Counted from the first letter of the stretch, positions 40,326 to 49,939 are shown. The stretch: DNA of 64,000 bases from Pseudomonadales bacterium (GCA_965221105.1 OZ244871.1:24252-88251), one strand, 5' to 3'. A program made the numbers and translations. Notes: generated by a model not told the origin, from the letters alone.

Positions 40326-40757
40326 ATGACCACACTGCTATCGAGATTATTCAAATCCACCTTGCTCAGAACTTTACTGCCAGCAATTGCAGGCTTCGTT
40401 GGTTATGGCGGCTGGGGTGGACTTTGCAATATGAAGCACGGTTGGCAGATCAGCCTGCAGGCGGGGTTGATTCAGGGGTCATTCAGCTTTGCAATTACGC
40501 TGACGCTCAACAGTATGCTGGAGGCTATCTACCGAAGGACACTGAGCAAGTGGTTCGGCTTTTTGGCATGTGTTCTGGGCCAAGTTGGAGTAGCCACGGG
40601 AATACACCATATCGCTGGGACACCTGAAATCCTGCCTACCATTGCTCCCGGTGCTATTATTGGCAGCTTCTACATCTATTTGTATGTCAACCGACTTGAA
40701 TCCCTTCAGGTGCTAGAGTCTGATATGACATCAGGCGAAATGGACAGTGAGCAATAA
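40326..40757 (+). CDS. hypothetical membrane protein
   Basis: 143-aa ORF with about four hydrophobic segments. No recognisable family. Confidence 0.4.
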   Translation: MTTLLSRLFKSTLLRTLLPAIAGFVGYGGWGGLCNMKHGWQISLQAGLIQGSFSFAITLTLNSMLEAIYRRTLSKWFGFLACVLGQVGVATGIHHIAGTPEILPTIAPGAIIGSFYIYLYVNRLESLQVLESDMTSGEMDSEQ

Positions 40758-41190
40758 AAATCGGAGCAATGGATTCTGTAATTTCAGACGTCCTGACCTC
40801 GGGGCCTTTTCTGTTCAATTGTTTGAGAGATCATACGCGGTTTTCATCCGTTTTCAGGCAGCTCGTAACGCCTGCGCAGCTTGGCTGTCGCCCAGTGAAT
40901 GGTGATCGGGCTGACGTCACATGTGGTCAGGATGTCAGTGATCTGCACGGTCATGTCGGCGCAGTATAGGGTGCGGTCAGCCTCGTCGTGGATGCTGAAG
41001 GGTCGGAGGGAGGAGAACCCGGATATGCCAATCTGGATGGCTGAAGGGCTGTAAATGCATGGCTGATTTCTCACAGTGTCCACTATATTCTGGTGACACA
41101 TGGAAACCGAGCGCTGCACACCCAAAAACTACACAAATAGCCAGGTCATCAGATAGATGTCGGAATGTCTGATGCCGAAAGGCAGACCAC

Positions 41191-41208
41191 GAGGTCAGGA
41201 CATCTGAA
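41191..41208. repeat. 18-bp repeat GAGGTCAGGACATCTGAA, copy 1 (2 nt from the tRNA-Ala 3' end)
   Basis: Identical to 45451-45468. Similarity continues imperfectly into the tRNA acceptor end (TGGTGGA versus TGGCGGA). Confidence 0.9.
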
Positions 41209-41210
41209 TT

Positions 41211-41286
41211 TGGTGGAGCCAGGCGGGATCGAACCGCCGACCTCAACACTGCCAGTGTTGCGCTCTCCCAGCTGAGCTATGGCCCC
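41211..41286 (-). tRNA. tRNA-Ala (anticodon GGC)
   Basis: The reverse complement reads GGGGCCATAGCTCAGCTGGGAGAGCGCAACACTGGCAGTGTTGAGGTCGGCGGTTCGATCCCGCCTGGCTCCACCA. It has the G3:U70 identity pair, a CTGGCAG anticodon loop, a GGTTCGATCC T-arm and an encoded CCA. Confidence 0.93.
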
Positions 41287-41522
41287 GGATTGGTCCGACA
41301 GTATTGCAGATCCAAAAAGGAGCGCGCATTCTATGTAGGTGCTTTGGGGGTGTCAACATCATCATTAAGCATTGTGCATTACCGGCTGTACAATGCCGTC
41401 GCTGCGAAGGCGTTACAAAGCCGACAAGATTTACCTATCATCTGAACTTCGAGAGCTCATCCGAGCTAACTCATTGATATTCTTTATAAAATCAAAATTG
41501 TATCAGATCGCTACTGGGTACA

Positions 41523-43076
41523 CTACCGTATTCGCACGCCCAAGAGCCGGAACGCTTCCGCCTGCAGCTCAGTGGGCCGGGTCAGGGTTTCGAAGGGTTC
41601 AGCCCCGGGTATCCGGGGCACAACCCGATTCTTCGTGAGGGTGGCGAGGTCCTTCATCAGGGTACGAAAGCTCTGCACAGGCATCCCGTCATCGGTGCAC
41701 GTGCGTGCAGCCTTCCGCCTGGCAGATGCCGAGACCCGGGCCGGGGCCACCACCGAGGTGCGCTCAGCGTCCGCGCCGGCGGAGTCCTCATCATCGAACA
41801 GCAGAGAAGCCAGCCGCTGACGCATGTGCCATTCCACGGAATAGGCCAGCATACACAGCAGCACATGAGCCCGCACCCGGTTCTCCGTGCGGTGGACCAC
41901 CGGACGTACCTTCAGATCCAGGGGTGTGAGACTGCGGAAGGCCCGCTCCACCCCGCTCAGGCGCGTGTAGGCGCGCACCGTGGCCCGGGCATCCAGCTCC
42001 TCCTCGGGCAGGTTGGTGCGGATGATGGAGAGGCCGTCCAGTGCAGCCTCCGCGGCGATGGACTCGGCGCGTCTCTCGGAGTGGACGACGCCGTGCTCGT
42101 CGATCGACCACTCACAATGCTTGGCCATCCTGTACCGGCCAATGACCGTCCCGACCCGCGCCCCGATCCTGTCCTCACCCCTCAGGCGTCGCTTCTCCCG
42201 CGTGGTGGCTGCCACACTGGGCTCAAGCACCTGCTCAGTCGCCTCCAGCAGTGCCTCACGCTTGCGGGCTCTGCGCTGTGCCATCAGCGGGGTGCGGCAC
42301 ACCATGAGCCGCTCCCCCGGATAGAGATCACTGCGGATCTCCACCAGGTCCTGCTCATCACAGAGCGAGCGCTGCACTGCACCGGTCTCGACCAGGGTGC
42401 GGATCGCCGGGCCCCGCAGGGCACTGATCCAGTCCAGCCCCGCCGGGTGGGCCTCCTCCCGGATGCGCGCTTCGACGAGCTTGGCCCGGTCGCCCACCAG
42501 GACGACCTTCGACAGCCCGAAGCGCTCACGCAGCTTCTCGATCTGCGGCCCCACCGTGGCCGGATCAGCCGTGTTGCCCGGACAGACCTCGACCGACACC
42601 GGACAGCCGGTGGCATCACAGAGCAGGCCGAACTCAATCTGCAGCGTCCCGCGCTTCCCATCCCGAGAATACCCGCGCCTGGCCAGGGGGCAGGTGGTGC
42701 CTTCCATATACACCGAGGTCAGGTCATAGAGCACCAGGGCACCGTCGGTCAGGTGGCGCTTCGCCAGAGACCGCTCGATGCGATCCTGGCGTTCGAGCAG
42801 CCAGTCCATGGCACTGTACAGGTCATCTTCATCCACTGTGCCCAGCACGGCGGCGACATGCCCGTGGGGCAGGGAGCGGAGGATGTCGAAGGCCTCGCCG
42901 AGCCGTTCCACGGCGGTGCCGCCCTTGAGCAGCAGGCGCAGGCCCTCAACCAGGGCGTGGGGCCACTTGGAGAGATTGGCCAGGGTGCGTTTCTTGACCC
43001 GTCCGTTGTGTCGGTAGGACTCGCGCAGCAGCACGGCGGGCGGGGATGAGCGGTTGGGGACGGATTCGATGTACAT
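41523..43076 (-). CDS. IS1634-type (IS4-related) transposase, apparently intact
   Basis: MYIESVPNRSSPPAVLLRESYRHNGRVKKRTLANLSKWP N-terminus recalled as typical of this family. Single uninterrupted frame. The block from about 41500 to 43140 is visibly GC-richer. IS ends were not resolved. Confidence 0.7.
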   Translation of the reverse strand: MYIESVPNRSSPPAVLLRESYRHNGRVKKRTLANLSKWPHALVEGLRLLLKGGTAVERLGEAFDILRSLPHGHVAAVLGTVDEDDLYSAMDWLLERQDRIERSLAKRHLTDGALVLYDLTSVYMEGTTCPLARRGYSRDGKRGTLQIEFGLLCDATGCPVSVEVCPGNTADPATVGPQIEKLRERFGLSKVVLVGDRAKLVEARIREEAHPAGLDWISALRGPAIRTLVETGAVQRSLCDEQDLVEIRSDLYPGERLMVCRTPLMAQRRARKREALLEATEQVLEPSVAATTREKRRLRGEDRIGARVGTVIGRYRMAKHCEWSIDEHGVVHSERRAESIAAEAALDGLSIIRTNLPEEELDARATVRAYTRLSGVERAFRSLTPLDLKVRPVVHRTENRVRAHVLLCMLAYSVEWHMRQRLASLLFDDEDSAGADAERTSVVAPARVSASARRKAARTCTDDGMPVQSFRTLMKDLATLTKNRVVPRIPGAEPFETLTRPTELQAEAFRLLGVRIR

Positions 43077-43405
43077 GGCTACAGTATCGCGATCCATACA
43101 GCGCACACAGCCCGCCACATCAATCACTTGGCTCAGATATCAGTGAAAAATCAAGGGGAAGTTCAGTATAATGCGCGGCTTTTGAGACAGCGGGGGTATT
43201 AAGGCAGAACAACAAACCGTATTTGATGATTGATCGCATCCAGAGGTTTCTAAAATAGCCATGCGCACAGGGTGAATCCCGCACTGTACTGCTTTTACTG
43301 AATGCGCCATTGACAGGATATGCGGATTACATTGCAATTTTTGTTCACCTGCTTTTGCCTGACACCACATCCGTTTCTGAAAACTCATCAACTGGAGATA
43401 TACCT

Positions 43406-44386
43406 GTGAAAGCACCTGTCCGTGTAACAGTTACCGGCGCGGCCGGACAAATCAGTTATTCGCTGCTCATCCGTATTGCGTCCGGGCAGATGCTTGGCCA
43501 TGATCAGCCTGTTATATTGCAGATGCTTGAAATCAAGCCTGCTCTTGATGCGCTCAAGGGTGTTGCCATGGAACTGGAAGATTGTGCTTTCCCCTTGCTT
43601 TCGAGAATGGTACAGACCGATGATGTTAATCTGGCCTTCGCGGATGCTGACTATGCGTTTCTGGTGGGAGCGAGGCCAAGAGGGCCTGGAATGGAGCGCA
43701 CAGATCTTCTGGAAACCAATGCGGCAATTTTTTCTGTGCAGGGCAAGGCCATCAACGATCATGCGAGCAGAAACATCAAGGTTCTGGTTGTCGGCAATCC
43801 AGCTAATACCAATGCATTGATAGCGCAACGCAATGCTCCAGATTTGAATCCACGCAACTTCACCGCAATGATGCGCTTGGATCACAATCGTTCGTTGAAT
43901 CAGCTTGCCAACAAAACCGGAAATCACAGCACCGACGTCAGGAATGTTGTTGTATGGGGTAATCACTCAGCAACCCAGTATCCAGATCTGCATCATGCCT
44001 GCGTTGCTGGTACGCCCGCTATGGATCTGATCGACATGGATTGGTACGAGAATGAATTTATTCATACTGTGCAGCAGCGAGGGGCAGCGGTAATCAAGGC
44101 TCGCGGCCTTTCCTCGGCCGCATCCGCCGCAAACGCAGCAGTAGACCATATGCGCGACTGGGTACTGGGCTCTGCTGAGGACGACTGGGTGAGCATGGGC
44201 GTGTATTCCGACGGCAGCTACGGTATTGAAGAGGGCCTCATCTACTCGTATCCCTGCATATGTCGAAACGGTAACTGGGAAATTGCACAGGGTCTTGGAG
44301 TGAACGAGTTCTCCCGCACGAAAATGCAGGAGACCGAGCAGGAACTCAGGCAAGAGCGTGATGCCGTAGCGCATCTGCTACCCTAA
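43406..44386 (+). CDS. mdh: malate dehydrogenase
   Basis: [31 protein letters not shown] (GTG 43406 after GGAGA), [27 protein letters not shown]. Confidence 0.92.
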   Translation: MKAPVRVTVTGAAGQISYSLLIRIASGQMLGHDQPVILQMLEIKPALDALKGVAMELEDCAFPLLSRMVQTDDVNLAFADADYAFLVGARPRGPGMERTDLLETNAAIFSVQGKAINDHASRNIKVLVVGNPANTNALIAQRNAPDLNPRNFTAMMRLDHNRSLNQLANKTGNHSTDVRNVVVWGNHSATQYPDLHHACVAGTPAMDLIDMDWYENEFIHTVQQRGAAVIKARGLSSAASAANAAVDHMRDWVLGSAEDDWVSMGVYSDGSYGIEEGLIYSYPCICRNGNWEIAQGLGVNEFSRTKMQETEQELRQERDAVAHLLP

Positions 44387-44611
44387 TGGTATCCGTATGT
44401 GGCTATTCCTGAGCTGGGATCCCCACCACAGGATTTTGATCTGCCTGAATTAGAAGTGAAAACTCAGACGTCGCGACCTCGTGACCTGATTTCAGGTACA
44501 TTCGGGGTCACTTTCTTCAATGATAACAACAAGTTTCGAGCATTTCGAGCGTGACAGATTGGTTCATGTCGTGTTCATAGAATATGGAACATATGTGATT
44601 GACAGCGCCTC

Positions 44612-45440
44612 ATGAACACACTCCCTTTCAGCCCCCCGGATGCCACCCAGATCGGCACCTCCTGCTTCTCTTTCGCCAGCCAGAACGGCCGCACCTTCTC
44701 CTTCTCCAACCTCGAGCCCTTCGACTGCCACGATGAGGACGACCGTCAGGCACTGCTGCTGCGCCTGGCCCGGTTCGCCAGACATGGTGTCCCCCACAGA
44801 GACCTGATGGCGGCCTTCGGGATCAGCCGCACCAGGGTGCACCGGGCACTGGACAGGCTCCAGAGACAGGGCGAGGCGGCGTTCCACAGGCCCCGACGGG
44901 GCCGCGGGACACAGGTCATCACCGGGGCGCTCAAGGAGACAGCGAACCGCCTGCTGGCCTCAGGCATGAGTGGGGCGGCCGTGGCACGCGAACTCGGGGT
45001 GTCGGTGGCGACGATCAACCACAACCGCCGACGGGGATTTCTCGGATCAGGCACGCGGGGTCCGGAGTCTGAGCCAGCGGAGACCACACTCGATACTGAG
45101 GCTGAGGCTGGTGGTGACCTGCTCGACCGCAGCGCACGGGATCGGCGCGACCGGGCGGTGACCCGGATGATGCCGGCTGTTGCACAGGCCCAGGGTACCA
45201 AGACCCGCCCGCGGCGTCCCCTGGCAGAACTGTTTCACTCAGTGGCGAATAGTATCCCGGAACCGGAGCGCGGCATCCTGCGGGTACGCATTTGGGACGG
45301 CGAGCACTGCGGGCGATGCGGCACTCGCCGGGCTGCTTGAGGAACTCACCCAGACCCGGACGATCTACCCTGGAACCGAATTGCGCATGGTCTACGAACT
45401 GCCCCAGATCGACTGCACAACCGGAAAGAATGGTGCATGA
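44612..45440 (+). pseudogene. HTH-rich transposase remnant, family unresolved, internally deleted/frameshifted
   Basis: GC-rich. Two HTH-like segments (LMAAFGISRTRVHRAL; AAVARELGVSVATINHNRRRG). The tail in another frame reads LLEELTQTRTIYPGTELRMVYEL. No catalytic domain remains. Confidence 0.45.
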
Positions 45441-45450
45441 TATCTGATCT

Positions 45451-45468
45451 GAGGTCAGGACATCTGAA
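45451..45468. repeat. 18-bp repeat GAGGTCAGGACATCTGAA, copy 2
   Basis: Identical to 41191-41208, in direct orientation, 4.26 kb away. Confidence 0.9.
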
Positions 45469-45470
45469 AC

Positions 45471-45495
45471 TGGCGGATATCTCAGCTATCCGCCA
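45471..45495 (-). other. tRNA-like acceptor mini-hairpin (possible internally deleted tRNA paralogue)
   Basis: Perfect 9-bp hairpin TGGCGGATA-TCTCAGC-TATCCGCCA. On the minus strand it reads GGCGGATAGCTGAG...TCCGCCA, that is, acceptor-like arms plus a TAGCTNAG D-arm start, followed by the same trailer as tRNA-Ala. Confidence 0.3.
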
Positions 45496-45668
45496 TCAGG
45501 ACTTTTGAATAGTCCTGTTAGTTAGGGTCTGACTCCGAAAATATCACAGGGCCGGCATCTATAATTACCTTATCTGCCAATAATCTTCTTATCTATAGGA
45601 TCTTTGGGCTTGATAGCGTTAATATCAGGGTGCTTATTCAGGAATATACGGACCCCAGTCAAAAGTAG

Positions 45669-45711
45669 GGCTTTCTATGTGCATCGGATTATCAGAAAGC
45701 CTGAATTTTTT
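45669..45711 (+). terminator. terminator-like hairpin plus T-run
   Basis: GGCTTTCT (45669-45676) pairs with AGAAAGCC (45694-45701), followed 4 nt later by TTTTTT (45706-45711). The 17-nt loop and the spacer make it non-canonical. Confidence 0.3.
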
Positions 45712-45826
45712 GCGAATATTCGCTCACCAAATTGAATTTTTACTTGCGGTACATGCAAGGATTGGAGAGTTTGCTACTAGGACATGAACTGATAGGTTTA
45801 TTCGTTAATATTTGTAAGGAGAGATA

Positions 45827-46300
45827 ATGCCTTATCCCAAGATCGGAAATATAGCCCCGGCCTTTAGTTTGAGAGATCAAGACGGCAATGTCAGAAGTTT
45901 AAAAGACTGCGAAGGTACAAATGCCCAAGTCTTGTTTTTCTATCCTAAAGCACTCACTCCAGGATGCACGACCCAGGCTTGTGGCATACGGGATATCAAG
46001 GCCGAGTTAGAAGCCAGAGGTGTTGTGGTTTACGGCATCAGCCCCGACCCATTCGCACGGCTGCCTAAGTTCATGGGAAAATATGATCTCAATTTTTCAT
46101 TATTATCTGATGAAGATCACGCCGTAGCCAAGAAGTACGGTTGTTGGGGCATGAAGAAGTTTATGGGGAAAGAATTTATGGGACTGATCAGGACGACGTA
46201 TATCATAGGCAAGGATGGACGACTCCTGAAAGTCATGGACAAATTGAAGACCAAATCGCACCATGATGACCTATTGGCGGAGCTGGATAAGTTGCTTTAG
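45827..46300 (+). CDS. bcp: thioredoxin-dependent peroxiredoxin Bcp
   Basis: 157 aa. FFYPKALTPGCTTQACG peroxidatic Cys motif. GGAGAG SD-like tract before the ATG. Confidence 0.9.
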   Translation: MPYPKIGNIAPAFSLRDQDGNVRSLKDCEGTNAQVLFFYPKALTPGCTTQACGIRDIKAELEARGVVVYGISPDPFARLPKFMGKYDLNFSLLSDEDHAVAKKYGCWGMKKFMGKEFMGLIRTTYIIGKDGRLLKVMDKLKTKSHHDDLLAELDKLL

Positions 46301-46333
46301 GATTTTGATATTGCTGCACTGCCTTGAATGTGA

Positions 46334-46708
46334 CTGATAGGGAATGTTTTACCCCTTAAATCACAAAGATTCGGCTGCACGGTGCAGGCCCGCGCCCTCT
46401 GGAATCTGCATGCCCAACTTGCTGACCTTGGTGCAATGGTTATCAAGAGTCCAGATGCTGTTGCCCATCTTGAGAAGTTCGAGGAGAAACAGGAACTCAA
46501 TTTCAAGCTGATGAGTGATTAAGGTCACGCGGTGGTAAAGCAGTATGGAGTATGTGGACTGAAAAAGTTCGTGGGCCGCGATCTTATGGGTATCCTCCAC
46601 GCTACTTTCATCATCGATAAGAAGGTTAAAGCAGTGTATGTCGTGGGCACGGTGAAAGCCAAGATTCATGATCAGGACTTGTTGCGCTGGATTATCGAAA
46701 ATCTTTGA
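46334..46708 (+). pseudogene. decayed tandem bcp paralogue
   Basis: A single frame reads ...RFGCTVQARAL...ELNFKLMSD*GHAVVKQYGVCGLKKFVGRDLMGILHATFIIDKK...IIENL*. There is an in-frame TAA at 46520-46522 where the intact copy has GAA. The N-terminal 35 aa or so and the start codon are missing. Confidence 0.8.
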
Positions 46709-46739
46709 CCTGTTTGCACGAACTAACTGGAGAACTACA

Positions 46740-47072
46740 TTGTTAGACGTTCTTATTTCCACAGCGCACGCTCAAGCCCAGCAGTCACCAACACCCAGCC
46801 CCTGGGTATCCCTGGTTATGTTTGGTGGCTTGTTTGTCATTATGTATTTATTGCTGATTCGTCCACAGCGTAAGAGACAGAAAGAGCACCAGACGTTGGT
46901 CAACAGCCTGAGCAAAGGCGATGAGATTGTTTTAACAAGCGGTATGCTGGGCAAAATTACTGCTCTGAGTGAAGACTATGTAACTATTGACGCCGGCTCT
47001 GTTGAACTCAGATTTCAGCGCGTCGCAGTGCATGCTGTACTTCCCAAGGGCACCATCAAGGGAACAAAGTAG
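46740..47072 (+). CDS. yajC: preprotein translocase subunit YajC
   Basis: LVMFGGLFVIMYLLLIRPQRKRQKEHQTLVNSLSKGDEIVLTSGMLGKI is typical YajC. TTG 46740 follows GGAGAA. The longer ORF start at 46668 overlaps the bcp pseudogene. Confidence 0.85.
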   Translation: MLDVLISTAHAQAQQSPTPSPWVSLVMFGGLFVIMYLLLIRPQRKRQKEHQTLVNSLSKGDEIVLTSGMLGKITALSEDYVTIDAGSVELRFQRVAVHAVLPKGTIKGTK

Positions 47073-47238
47073 CCCTTCTGAAGGTCGTTGATCGGAGCAC
47101 GCCAACCAAAAGGAGACTCGCCTGGCGTATTCCGGGGTGGAATAAGCAGGGCGCTGTTCTGTCAAGTGGCTCTCAAGCCAGATTGCATTTGTTCCCGCAG
47201 CTGCACATTATGTGCAGCTGCGCAATCCAAAGCGAATT

Positions 47239-48228
47239 ATGAAACTGTCTTTTCCTGATCGTCTCAACCTAGCTAATGTTCCGACACCCATCCAGCGCCT
47301 GGATCGCATGTCTGCGATTCTTGGGATACAAATCTGGGTTAAGCGGGATGACTTGACCGGATCTGCAACGAGCGGTAACAAGGTTCGCAAACTCGAATTT
47401 ACCCTCGCTCGTGCAAAGCAACAGGGTGCAGATGTGCTGATTACCTGTGGCGGCGTCCAGTCCAACCATTGTCGGGCTACGGCAATTCTCGGCGCACAAC
47501 TTGGATTCAAGGTATATCTGATACTGCGCGGTGAAAAACCCCCTTCCTCTGAAGGGAATCTGATGCTCAATCAGATAGCTGGCGCCGAAATCAGTTACTT
47601 TTCTCCCAAATACTACAATGCTCACCTGGATTTCATTGTTTCCGAACTTGTTGAGGAATGTGAGAAGCGCAACCAGCGTCCATACTTCATTCCAACCGGA
47701 GCGAGCGATGGGACCGGCGTGTGGGGTTACTTGGCAGCAGCGGAAGAAATATCCCGGCAAACTGAGACTAGCTTTGAGCAGGTAGTATCGGCTACAGGTT
47801 CAGGTGGGACTCAGGCAGGGCTCACTCTGGGTGCCAGTATCTACCTGCCTGGGAGCCGGGTTACGGGAATGGCGGTCTGTGACGATGAAAGCTATTTTCA
47901 GGAGAAGGTCAGGCAAGATATCCAATCTTGGTCGGAGCTCTATGCGTACCCAGTTGACATCGAATCACTCAATATACGGGTGTGCGACAACTACATAGGC
48001 CCGGGCTATGCTCGGGCAAATCCCGAGATTTTTGAGTGCATAGAGCTCGTGGCCCGCACCGAGGGATTAATCCTCGATCCAGTATACACAGGCAAGGCTT
48101 TTTTTGGCATGTTGGCTGAGATCGAGGCAGGCCGCCTGCAGGGCGACAACATTTTATTCGTCCATACTGGAGGCATCTACGGGCTCCTGGCGCAGTCTGC
48201 ACAATACATGAAAACAGGGAAAAACTAA
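47239..48228 (+). CDS. PLP-dependent D-cysteine desulfhydrase / ACC deaminase family protein
   Basis: PTPIQRL...WVKRDDLTGSATSGNKVRKLEF (PLP lysine context), later TGSGGTQAG. Confidence 0.8.
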   Translation: MKLSFPDRLNLANVPTPIQRLDRMSAILGIQIWVKRDDLTGSATSGNKVRKLEFTLARAKQQGADVLITCGGVQSNHCRATAILGAQLGFKVYLILRGEKPPSSEGNLMLNQIAGAEISYFSPKYYNAHLDFIVSELVEECEKRNQRPYFIPTGASDGTGVWGYLAAAEEISRQTETSFEQVVSATGSGGTQAGLTLGASIYLPGSRVTGMAVCDDESYFQEKVRQDIQSWSELYAYPVDIESLNIRVCDNYIGPGYARANPEIFECIELVARTEGLILDPVYTGKAFFGMLAEIEAGRLQGDNILFVHTGGIYGLLAQSAQYMKTGKN

Positions 48229-48243
48229 CTCAGTAGGAAATTG

Positions 48244-49614
48244 ATGACGGCTATTTCAATCCAGTCTCACCTGCTTAATCTCTTGCAGAACGTTAATGCG
48301 GTGGTGTGGGACATCCCCATGCTCGCGTTGCTGTTTGGTACGGGCATATATCTGAATCTGCGCCTCAGGTTCCTCCCCATACGCCGCCTTGGTTACGCGC
48401 TTAAAATGCTGCGCAGGGTTCCCGAGCAACGGGAAAGAGGAGAGATTTCGCCTTTCAAGGCACTGATGACCTCCATGTCGGCTACCGTCGGGACAGGCAA
48501 CATTGCCGGTGTGGCCACGGCCATAGGTATTGGTGGCCCGGGTGCTCTTTTTTGGATGTGGATGATGGCGCTGGTGGGGATGGCGACAAAATATTCGGAA
48601 ACCCTGCTGGCCGTGAATTTTCGTGAGAAGGGTGAAGACGGTCAGATGCGCGGCGGACCCATGTATTTCATTAAAAATGGCATGGGAGAACGCTGGAAGT
48701 GGCTTGCTTCCCTCTATGCATCGTTCGCGGGCGTAGCCGCTTTTGGGATCGGCAATACGGTTCAGGCCAATTCGGTGGCTGATGCGCTAGCCAGCAGTTT
48801 CGCAGTACCCGAGTCCGTGACCGGTACGTTCCTGCTGGTGTGCGTAGGAGCTGTATTGCTGGGGGGCATCAGGCGTATCGCTCGTGTCGCCGGGGCGTTG
48901 GTTCCCACTATGGCCATGATCTATTTGCTTTGCGCGATCACTGTAATCTTGAGCAACCTGGAGTCCGTTCCCCGGATATTTTACCTAGTAATCCACTCAG
49001 CATTTAACGGCACAGAGGCTGCCGGTGGCTTCGCAGGTGCTGCAGTGTGGATGGCAATTCGCATGGGTGTGGCGAGGGGCGTTTTTTCCAATGAGGCAGG
49101 GCTGGGAAGTGGTTCTATTGCACATGCTGCGGCACAAACGGATTCTCCCGTGCGTCAGGGCTTTATATCCATGTTGGGGACCTTCACTGACACCATCATC
49201 GTCTGCTCACTGACCGGTTTTGTTGTTCTACTCAGCGGAGCCTGGCAAGGGAACGCCGAAGGCGCTGCCATGACGGCCGTTGCCTTCTCGTCTGCCATTC
49301 CGTTTGGCGACAAGCTGGTTGCCGTTGCTTTGGTTCTATTCGCTTTTACCACGGTGCTGGGCTGGAGTTACTATGGAGAAAAAAGTATTGAATACTTGTT
49401 TGGAAGCAAATCAGTTCTACCATTCAGGCTGTTGTGGGTGATTGCGCTGCCGCTGGGAGCGACTCTCTCTCTGGATGTGGTCTGGCTATTGGCTGATACG
49501 CTGAATGCTTTGATGGCTATTCCAAATCTGATTGCACTTATAGCTCTGAGTCCGTTAGTCGTGAACATCACTCGATCATACTTATCTGGTTCAAAAAACC
49601 GACAAAAACAGTAG
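48244..49614 (+). CDS. alanine/glycine:cation symporter (AGCS) family transporter
   Basis: 456 aa, polytopic. ISPFKALMTSMSATVGTGNIAGVATAI signature. Confidence 0.85.
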   Translation: MTAISIQSHLLNLLQNVNAVVWDIPMLALLFGTGIYLNLRLRFLPIRRLGYALKMLRRVPEQRERGEISPFKALMTSMSATVGTGNIAGVATAIGIGGPGALFWMWMMALVGMATKYSETLLAVNFREKGEDGQMRGGPMYFIKNGMGERWKWLASLYASFAGVAAFGIGNTVQANSVADALASSFAVPESVTGTFLLVCVGAVLLGGIRRIARVAGALVPTMAMIYLLCAITVILSNLESVPRIFYLVIHSAFNGTEAAGGFAGAAVWMAIRMGVARGVFSNEAGLGSGSIAHAAAQTDSPVRQGFISMLGTFTDTIIVCSLTGFVVLLSGAWQGNAEGAAMTAVAFSSAIPFGDKLVAVALVLFAFTTVLGWSYYGEKSIEYLFGSKSVLPFRLLWVIALPLGATLSLDVVWLLADTLNALMAIPNLIALIALSPLVVNITRSYLSGSKNRQKQ

Positions 49615-49939
49615 TATAAAGAACATATCTATAAAAATTCTAGTTTTGTCCAATTGAAGGATCGAGCGTTAGTAACCCGAAGATGCGTTGCTGGCCGCTG
49701 AAATAGCCCACATCAGTAGAAAGTTAATGCGTGTCCGTGGTTTCCTGAGGTAATTAAATCTATCGCAGAGCACGGTGTATGCCGGACTGACGCCACTTGA
49801 TTCGGGTGCGACGGCTACGCGGCGGCCTTCGGGCGGTTTGTTTAGAGCGGGTGACGCACGCAAGGCGCTGTCGGAGCATGCTCCAGAGATCACGGATGCC
49901 TTGGAGTAGGAGTAGGAATTGGACCCGGTGACTCGCGGC

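Noticed and set aside
40769-41210. A possible integrase or att-associated gene next to the tRNA-Ala 3' end (ORF 40844..41125, minus strand).
   Set aside because: No tyrosine- or serine-recombinase motifs are present. Only a short HTH-like tail (DVSPITIHWATAKLRRRYE) was seen, which could be a scrap of some transposase. This is too weak to call.
41826-43049. A 407-aa plus-strand ORF, plus several 70-125-aa ORFs on both strands, inside the IS1634-type element.
   Set aside because: They are antisense or overlapping shadow ORFs caused by high GC content (few stop codons). Their composition is Arg/Pro/Gly/Ala-rich with no motifs. The minus-strand transposase frame explains the region.
44470-44500. 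An inverted-repeat partner for the 18-bp repeat: GACCTCGTGACCTGATTTCAGG upstream of the 44612 transposase remnant. A similar CCTGATTTCAGATATG lies near 56806.
   Set aside because: Only 8-9-nt matches (GACCTCGTG; TTTCAGAT) to the reverse complement of the repeat region were found. That is within chance expectation for a 64-kb window without a statistical test.
46520-46522. The in-frame stop in the second bcp copy as a recoding site (selenocysteine or read-through).
   Set aside because: The codon is TAA, not TGA. The copy also lacks its N-terminus and start codon and has lost residues near the catalytic Cys. Simple pseudogenisation fits better.
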